From a virus: a stretch of DNA of 64,000 bases. The DNA is taken from positions 1 to 64,000 of IMG/VR virus record IMGVR_UViG_3300017917_000405. The stretch is one strand, 5' to 3'. Under the pieces are notes generated by a model, which was not told the origin of the DNA, searched no databases, and saw only the letters and a program-made list of their open reading frames with translations. The stretch's first letter is position 1; the number at the start of each line of letters is the position of its first letter. Positions 59,198-64,000 of this stretch are shown in pieces. Both the position numbers and the translations under genes were made by a program.

Positions 59198-59349
59198 GAC
59201 TGCCTCCAAGCGTTGTGAGGGGCAACGTCACAGACTGCACAACGCCGTCCCTCCTCCATAAAAATGATGTTGTGACTAGCGGCGTTAGCCTCTCGCACAC
59301 TCGGCTCCATCGCGTTGACCGCGTGGCCTAGTTCGACCATCGTGTCCAT
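59185..59349 (-). CDS. Small hypothetical protein
   Basis: MDTMVEL...H...CAVC...C; GAAAGG/AAGGA RBS. Confidence 0.6.
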   Translation of the reverse strand: MDTMVELGHAVNAMEPSVREANAASHNIIFMEEGRRCAVCDVAPHNAWRQSCKN

Positions 59350-59456
59350 TGTCCTTGCCTTTCGTGAGGTGTTTGTTCCCATGCCTTGATCCAAGCACCT
59401 TTCGATCATGTTGTCACGCCCAAACGGGAGCTTTTTTATCTTTTTTTTCAGAATGT

Positions 59457-59500
59457 TTATCCACAACCTTATCCACAGATTGTGCATAACCTGTGGAAAA
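59457..59500. promoter_or_regulatory. Cluster of four DnaA boxes
   Basis: TTATCCACA at 59457 and 59469; reverse-orientation TTATGCACA (59481-59489) and TTTTCCACA (59492-59500). Confidence 0.8.
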
Positions 59501-59516
59501 CCTGCAGTATCCCAAA

Positions 59517-59612
59517 TGTCCGATTTGTCCATTGTGTCCGATTTGTCTCAAATGTCCGTTTTGCCCTAGTTTGTCCTAGAATGTCCGAATTGCCCTAGAT
59601 TGTCCGATTTTG
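59517..59612 (+). repeat. Periodic TGTCCG(W)(W)TTG / TGYCY array
   Basis: TGTCCG at 59517, 59535, 59553, 59582 and 59601; TGYCY ten times at 9-10 bp spacing. Confidence 0.85.
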
Positions 59613-59787
59613 TTGTTTTTGTAACCTATTTACGAAAAGCCCGAAATATCACGAAAGTTCCTGGTGCTTTTGATCTAATTACGATAGGGGAAAATATCAC
59701 GGAAAGTTTATCGTTTTGTTATCAAATAGGCTTGACTTTCATGGTTATGTATGGTTAGATATTAGTAATACAAAGAAAGGTAAGGAA

Positions 59788-59889
59788 ATGCCAAAGGAAT
59801 TCAAGATCGCCATCGTTCCCGCCGTTGCATTGTTCGCGCTTTGCACCTACATCTGTATGTCAGCCCTGCGTGCTATCTTTGCTTTCTAG
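59788..59889 (+). CDS. Membrane microprotein (33 aa)
   Basis: MPKEFKIAIVPAVALFALCTYICMSALRAIFAF; GAAAGG/AAGGA RBS. Confidence 0.55.
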   Translation: MPKEFKIAIVPAVALFALCTYICMSALRAIFAF

Positions 59890-59898
59890 GAGGAAATC

Positions 59899-60030
59899 AT
59901 GATGCACATCTACTACTTAGGCCGCTACAAGAACAGCGAGCAAGACTACGACCGCGCTAGTGCGTGGGTAGCCAATGAGGTTGCGTCTAGTGGCGCGTCC
60001 TTTGCAGACTTTGAGATTGTGGAGGCATAA
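59899..60030 (+). CDS. Microprotein (43 aa)
   Basis: AGGAGG RBS; MMHIYYLGRY... Confidence 0.6.
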   Translation: MMHIYYLGRYKNSEQDYDRASAWVANEVASSGASFADFEIVEA

Positions 60031-60125
60031 TGAAACTCACTCATCGTGGCGAGGTTGCGATTGTCCTTGCTTTCATCGCTGGTTTTGCCTTTCTCTGTCA
60101 TGTCTTTGGCGAGGGGGGATTCTAA
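60030..60125 (+). CDS. Membrane microprotein (31 aa)
   Basis: MKLTHRGEVAIVLAFIAGFAFLCHVFGEGGF; GGAGG RBS and TAATG coupling. Confidence 0.6.
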   Translation: MKLTHRGEVAIVLAFIAGFAFLCHVFGEGGF

Positions 60126-60368
60126 ATGATGTACCATATCGTTCACCCATTAGCACATGGCGTTAGTGTCATCACTAAGAAAGAAGTGCCCATTGCTATG
60201 GCTACCGCAGATACTTGCGAGATTGCATTCTTTGACCAAGATGGTGAATGGGTTACTGATATCGTTTCAGAGTTTGTAGAGTATGCAGATAGCGTAGAAG
60301 GTGGCACGCTTGTCTATGGCTATGTGCCAAATGAAGATGTCGAAAACTTTTTAGAAAAATATTCGTAA
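60126..60368 (+). CDS. Acidic hypothetical protein
   Basis: CEIAFF...GEWV...VYGYVP. Confidence 0.65.
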   Translation: MMYHIVHPLAHGVSVITKKEVPIAMATADTCEIAFFDQDGEWVTDIVSEFVEYADSVEGGTLVYGYVPNEDVENFLEKYS

Positions 60369-60524
60369 TAGACTTGACAAACCCATTGATTTGGGTCCGG
60401 CCCCGAAATGTCCTATTTACGAAGTATGTACTTTTTCACAGAAAATATAACAGGTTTATAACAATATTGTTTATCATTTCGTTATAAATCAATGTCCGTT
60501 TTGTCATATCTACTCGTCAGTAAA

Positions 60525-60546
60525 TGTCAGACCCCTCTGATAGTTT
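60525..60546 (+). promoter_or_regulatory. TGTCAG-N10-TAnnnT promoter copy 1
   Basis: TGTCAG ACCCCTCTGA TAGTTT. Confidence 0.7.
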
Positions 60547-60634
60547 GTTTCTAGTAGAAAGGATTCACTTATGTTCATGTACATCATCTCCCTTGATTGT
60601 TCCCCCTGGAATGTCCCCGTCGTCTGCGATGAAA

Positions 60635-60656
60635 TGTCAGACCCCTCGGATAGACT
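60635..60656 (+). promoter_or_regulatory. TGTCAG-N10-TAnnnT promoter copy 2
   Basis: TGTCAG ACCCCTCGGA TAGACT. Confidence 0.7.
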
Positions 60657-60710
60657 TCACCCATCAATGATGAATCACATTGTCGATATCGAAACGATTG
60701 GATTGGTAGC

Positions 60711-60881
60711 ATGAGTACCCCCACCCTTCACCTTGCTGTCTGCCCGCGCTGTGCAGAAAACTTCCTCTCAACCTTTGAGGCAATCGACGATTGGGAAGAT
60801 GTTTGCGAGAAGTGCTACGAGGACTTCCTGCTTGACCTCTACCCCGACCTTGACTGGCAAGCCGAATACCACCACCTTTAG
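60711..60881 (+). CDS. Zinc-finger microprotein (56 aa)
   Basis: Manual translation with CPRC...CEKC and an acidic tail. Confidence 0.6.
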   Translation: MSTPTLHLAVCPRCAENFLSTFEAIDDWEDVCEKCYEDFLLDLYPDLDWQAEYHHL

Positions 60882-60888
60882 GAGAAAC

Positions 60889-61089
60889 ATGACTTACACA
60901 TTCACTACCCCATTCCTCCGCATTGATTGGCAGGAGGGTTCTCATACTGCTAACGTCACCACCGTTCGTGGAGATATGGACGTTTTCACGTTCGCATGGC
61001 ACAAAGACTATCCCGATGTTGTGGACTTCACCGAAGCCCTTGCATCATGGGTCAACTACTCGCTCACCGTGGAGGACGCTAATGTCTAA
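60889..61089 (+). CDS. Hypothetical protein
   Basis: AGGAGA RBS; MTYTFTTPFLRIDWQEG... Confidence 0.65.
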   Translation: MTYTFTTPFLRIDWQEGSHTANVTTVRGDMDVFTFAWHKDYPDVVDFTEALASWVNYSLTVEDANV

Positions 61090-61213
61090 CTATCTTGACT
61101 ACCTTCCCGAAGATGGCAACTTCACCGAAGATGAACTTTGGGACGCGATTGCAGAATCATTAGACGTTGATCCAGATGAGATCAGCGATGGAGATTTGGT
61201 GGACTACCTGTGA
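61082..61213 (+). CDS. Very acidic microprotein
   Basis: GGAGG RBS; MSNYLDYLPEDGNFTEDELWDAIAESLDVDPDEISDGDLVDYL. Confidence 0.65.
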   Translation: MSNYLDYLPEDGNFTEDELWDAIAESLDVDPDEISDGDLVDYL

Positions 61214-61419
61214 GCGATTACTTTATCTATCACCCAGGATCAGGAACAATGATCGCATTGTCAGATACTGTCTATGTCATTGACGCAACCTCTTTGACTG
61301 AACTAGAACTAGATGAATCAGAGGCAGGAGTGTTAGATATCTATCGCGTGATGGATATTGGTGTTCGCCTTGATAATGAATATTGGGACGAAGTACAAGA
61401 TGCAATGGAGGCAATGTAA
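61210..61419 (+). CDS. Acidic hypothetical protein
   Basis: GTGA coupling to the upstream gene. Confidence 0.6.
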   Translation: MSDYFIYHPGSGTMIALSDTVYVIDATSLTELELDESEAGVLDIYRVMDIGVRLDNEYWDEVQDAMEAM

Positions 61420-61565
61420 TGAAAACTAATAGAGAACTCAATCCAACAGAGTTTGAGATTGCATTCCAACTAAAGAATGCGTTAAACGAGTTGAGAAACT
61501 ATCAAGATATTCCCGCTGCTATTGAGCATATCGAATCAGCACTTACAAATCTGTATGAGTGGTGA
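61419..61565 (+). CDS. Small helical protein
   Basis: GGAGG RBS and TAATG coupling; MKTNRELNP... Confidence 0.6.
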   Translation: MKTNRELNPTEFEIAFQLKNALNELRNYQDIPAAIEHIESALTNLYEW

Positions 61566-61751
61566 CTTGACAAACTGAGATCTCGGGGCCGGACGGAACA
61601 AATCGGACATTTACGACAACCTAAAAAAGTCACGGAAATGTAACAATTTTTATTTTTATCGGCGTGTCAACTTGACAGACATATCGGACATATCTCCGTT
61701 ATCAAACCGTAATAAAACCTGTCCGTTTTGTATGTTTTTAGAATTAGGTAA

Positions 61752-61773
61752 TGTCAGACCCCTAGTGTAGAGT
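61752..61773 (+). promoter_or_regulatory. TGTCAG-N10-TAnnnT promoter copy 3
   Basis: TGTCAG ACCCCTAGTG TAGAGT. Confidence 0.7.
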
Positions 61774-61800
61774 GAGGGTACTAGTTAGAAAGGCTACAAA

Positions 61801-62070
61801 ATGATTCACGGTATTTACACTCCAATTTCAATGACTGCCGCCGATATTATTGGCGAGGAAACTATCATGGGAAGTGGCGGTGCGCCTGTCGTTATCCGTC
61901 GCGTGTCTAATGATTCTAAGACTGTCACTTTCATGGACGTGTACCGTGGAAAATTGTTCCGATTCCGCAAAGATCAAGCGGTCACAGTCCTTATCCGAGA
62001 GGACGAAAATGACCCTATCGTGCAAGCGGAATTGGCTTGTGCATTAGCAGATAAGGGGGTACAATTCTAA
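61801..62070 (+). CDS. Hypothetical protein (SH3-like beta barrel)
   Basis: GAAAGG RBS downstream of promoter copy 3. Confidence 0.65.
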   Translation: MIHGIYTPISMTAADIIGEETIMGSGGAPVVIRRVSNDSKTVTFMDVYRGKLFRFRKDQAVTVLIREDENDPIVQAELACALADKGVQF

Positions 62071-62071
62071 T

Positions 62072-62209
62072 ATGATAAAGAATCGTAAGCGTACCCGTGA
62101 GGAAATTACCCGCGTGCAGGAATTGCGTCGTAGTAATGCTGCCATGCCTCACAAGAACAAGTCACGTTACACCCGCAAGGTGAAGCATAAGGGGCAAGCG
62201 TATGCTTGA
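62072..62209 (+). CDS. Basic microprotein (45 aa)
   Basis: MIKNRKRTREEITRVQELRRSNAAMPHKNKSRYTRKVKHKGQAYA. Confidence 0.65.
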   Translation: MIKNRKRTREEITRVQELRRSNAAMPHKNKSRYTRKVKHKGQAYA

Positions 62210-62278
62210 GTTTATTCTAATCCTCGCCTGCTCTATTATCGGTGCTATCATTCTCGCCCTAGAACTCTAAGGAATAAA

Positions 62279-62383
62279 ATGAAAATTGATCTAGACTATG
62301 ACGCGCAATGCTATTGCGTAGATTGCTGCCCCGAAGGGTGTTGCCCTTGTGAGGACTGTAATGAGCCTTGCGACTGTCCATAA
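62279..62383 (+). CDS. Cys-rich metallothionein-like microprotein (34 aa)
   Basis: MKIDLDYDAQCYCVDCCPEGCCPCEDCNEPCDCP; TAAGGA RBS. Confidence 0.55.
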   Translation: MKIDLDYDAQCYCVDCCPEGCCPCEDCNEPCDCP

Positions 62384-62460
62384 CCTAATTCCATTCTATT
62401 GCGAACCCTGCCAGGAAATAGAGTTTTTCTGTGATACCTGCGGGGAAAACCTAATCGACT

Positions 62461-62482
62461 TGTCAGACCCCCATGCTAAGGT
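62461..62482 (+). promoter_or_regulatory. TGTCAG-N10-TAnnnT promoter copy 4 (leaderless)
   Basis: TGTCAG ACCCCCATGC TAAGGT, then 6 nt and the ATG at 62489. Confidence 0.72.
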
Positions 62483-62488
62483 GAACCC

Positions 62489-63040
62489 ATGATTAAAGAA
62501 ATTATCGCTGCCAATACTGTCACCCTCTACACGGAACGCTTTCGCTTCCTCGCCCTTCAAGCCACTATGTCACAGATTGAGTCTGCTGCAACGTGGTACT
62601 ATGACGCGCAGGAGGTTGCGGAGGACGTTGCGGAAAACTTAGGCGTATCGCTTGAGATCGGTGCTTCCATCGTTGCCGCATTCTCACCTCGTGAGCGTTG
62701 GGCAAGCAATGTTGCTAAGGCTCTCGCATTCTCATTAGGCAAGCCCGTTGCAGGATTGCAGAATAACTACCGTATGGCAGAACGTTCGATGGAATTGGGC
62801 TTTGACGCGCTCAACGGACTAAAGACTAATGCGTTCGCTCGTGCTATTGCAGGCGATAATGACGCGGTAGTTATTGACGTATGGATGTGCCGCGCTGCTG
62901 CTATTGGCACAGATTCACCTAACAAAACACAGTACAACGATCTGTCGCAAGCGGTTCGCAATGTTGCGGAAGAAATGGGAGTAACACCGCGCACCATGCA
63001 AGCACTAATTTGGATTATCATTAGAGGGAGTGCAAACTAA
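62489..63040 (+). CDS. Conserved phage protein, HhH-glycosylase-like
   Basis: WY...AAFSP...W..N, K..AF, VVIDVWMCR and QALIW. Confidence 0.6.
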   Translation: MIKEIIAANTVTLYTERFRFLALQATMSQIESAATWYYDAQEVAEDVAENLGVSLEIGASIVAAFSPRERWASNVAKALAFSLGKPVAGLQNNYRMAERSMELGFDALNGLKTNAFARAIAGDNDAVVIDVWMCRAAAIGTDSPNKTQYNDLSQAVRNVAEEMGVTPRTMQALIWIIIRGSAN

Positions 63041-63180
63041 TGCCTAAAGTAAAATTGCCCAGGGGAGAATGGGAAAGTATTCTCGTCACGTTAGAACTCG
63101 CACAACAACATAATATCGTTGCTTATTTAGATCCACTTATCAAAGAAATAGAAGATCAAGTCTACGCGCAGGAGTACTAA
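63040..63180 (+). CDS. Microprotein (46 aa)
   Basis: TAATG coupling; MPKVKLPRGEW... Confidence 0.6.
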   Translation: MPKVKLPRGEWESILVTLELAQQHNIVAYLDPLIKEIEDQVYAQEY

Positions 63181-63389
63181 AAATGCTAGATGATATCGCC
63201 GTCATGTTCATCACCGTGTTCGGTGTAATTATTTTATTTTTTTGGATTGCATCGCTAATTTTTTAGTGCGTTGCACTTGACAAATGCGATAAGCGGGGCC
63301 GGATCGGTTGTTACCTAACTGTTACGAAACTAACTTGATTTTCACAGAAATTTTTGCTAGGCTTTAGCCATCAACCACTAGGAGGACTC

Positions 63390-63509
63390 ATGGACCCGAT
63401 TTTCGAATTCTCAGACGGCTTTGACGCTGTTGGCTGGTACACGGAGCAGTTGTCCAAGCGCGACCACGACGACTATGGCTGGGACTACATAGAAGAATAC
63501 CCCTACTAG
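63390..63509 (+). CDS. Acidic aromatic microprotein (39 aa)
   Basis: AGGAGG RBS after a TTGATT-17-TAGGCT promoter. Confidence 0.6.
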   Translation: MDPIFEFSDGFDAVGWYTEQLSKRDHDDYGWDYIEEYPY

Positions 63510-63583
63510 AAAGGGGCCGGACTTTTCTAAACCTCTTTTACGATAGTGCTTGACTTTCACAGGAATTATGGTAAGTTTGACTT

Positions 63584-63808
63584 ATGAGCGAATCTACTGA
63601 AACCATCGAAACCGCATATCAACTCAATGCAAATGATAGGTGTGATAAGTGTCAAGCACAAGCATATTTCTGGGTGAATGGAGTAGCAGGGGATCTTCTT
63701 TTCTGCCGCCATCATTTCTTGGAAAATGAAGAAAAAATTCGTGCTTATGCCTTTGAAATTGTAGATGAATCTGATAAGATCAACGAAAGGTCTGAATCAA
63801 GTGCTTAG
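63584..63808 (+). CDS. Small zinc-binding protein of an actinobacterial family
   Basis: LNANDRCDKCQAQAY...LLFCRHH; leaderless start. Confidence 0.7.
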   Translation: MSESTETIETAYQLNANDRCDKCQAQAYFWVNGVAGDLLFCRHHFLENEEKIRAYAFEIVDESDKINERSESSA

Positions 63809-64000
63809 GTCAAAGAAGAACGTTGGCAAGAACCACATGCGCTGCCCCTACGGTTGCTGCACAGGAATGAGCAAGAAGCAGGAAAAGCGTATCATCAAGC
63901 GCAAGGAAACGAGGGAGTGGAAGAATGACAACTGATTCATGTCACCCAATGTCATTGGAAGTAGGAGATCAAGTCCTAATAAATGGAGAGACATTTACTC

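Noticed and set aside
58620-59300. 226-aa ORF as a single protein
   Set aside because: Its 5' part overlaps two better-supported small ORFs with RBSs; the HNH likely starts at 59045.
59517-59612. Repeat array as a mini-CRISPR
   Set aside because: Units are 9-18 bp and degenerate, with no unique spacers of CRISPR length.
58400-64000. LexA (SOS) boxes in the early region
   Set aside because: No TCGAAC-N4-GTTCGA-like site was seen in intergenic DNA.

Overview
This window is part of a large, AT-rich tailed dsDNA phage (siphovirus-type) genome. The host is most plausibly a low-GC actinobacterium, inferred from DnaE/RecA/NrdJ/ThyX, an Rpf-like muralytic protein, leaderless genes and actinobacterial-type promoters. 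Bases 1-54 kb are almost entirely minus-strand. In transcription order they carry class II RNR, a LamG protein, portal, protease/scaffold, major capsid, head-tail genes, tail tube, a frameshifted tail chaperone, a 2220-aa tape measure with NlpC/P60, minor tail and fibre genes, a replication/recombination block, terminase, small putative head proteins and accessory virion proteins. Bases 54-58.4 kb hold a glycosyltransferase, holin, Rpf-like protein, ThyX and a 2OG-Fe(II) oxygenase. From about 58.4 kb the composition changes to an early/terminal-type region of microgenes separated by repeated non-coding modules. The most interesting signals are: (1) four TGTCAG-N10-TAnnnT promoters with the geometry of host PafBC/RecA-NDp DNA-damage promoters; (2) a four-box DnaA cluster beside a periodic TGYCY array; (3) repeated composite modules holding most of the few CCGG sites and the only AGCT I found in an otherwise depleted sequence; (4) a scaffold C-terminal motif and a [VIL]xK[STA] putative cleavage motif shared with small distant proteins, suggesting a capsid cargo-loading code; (5) a structured intergenic RNA candidate at 4.6-4.75 kb. 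All calls are by eye; no database searches were run.
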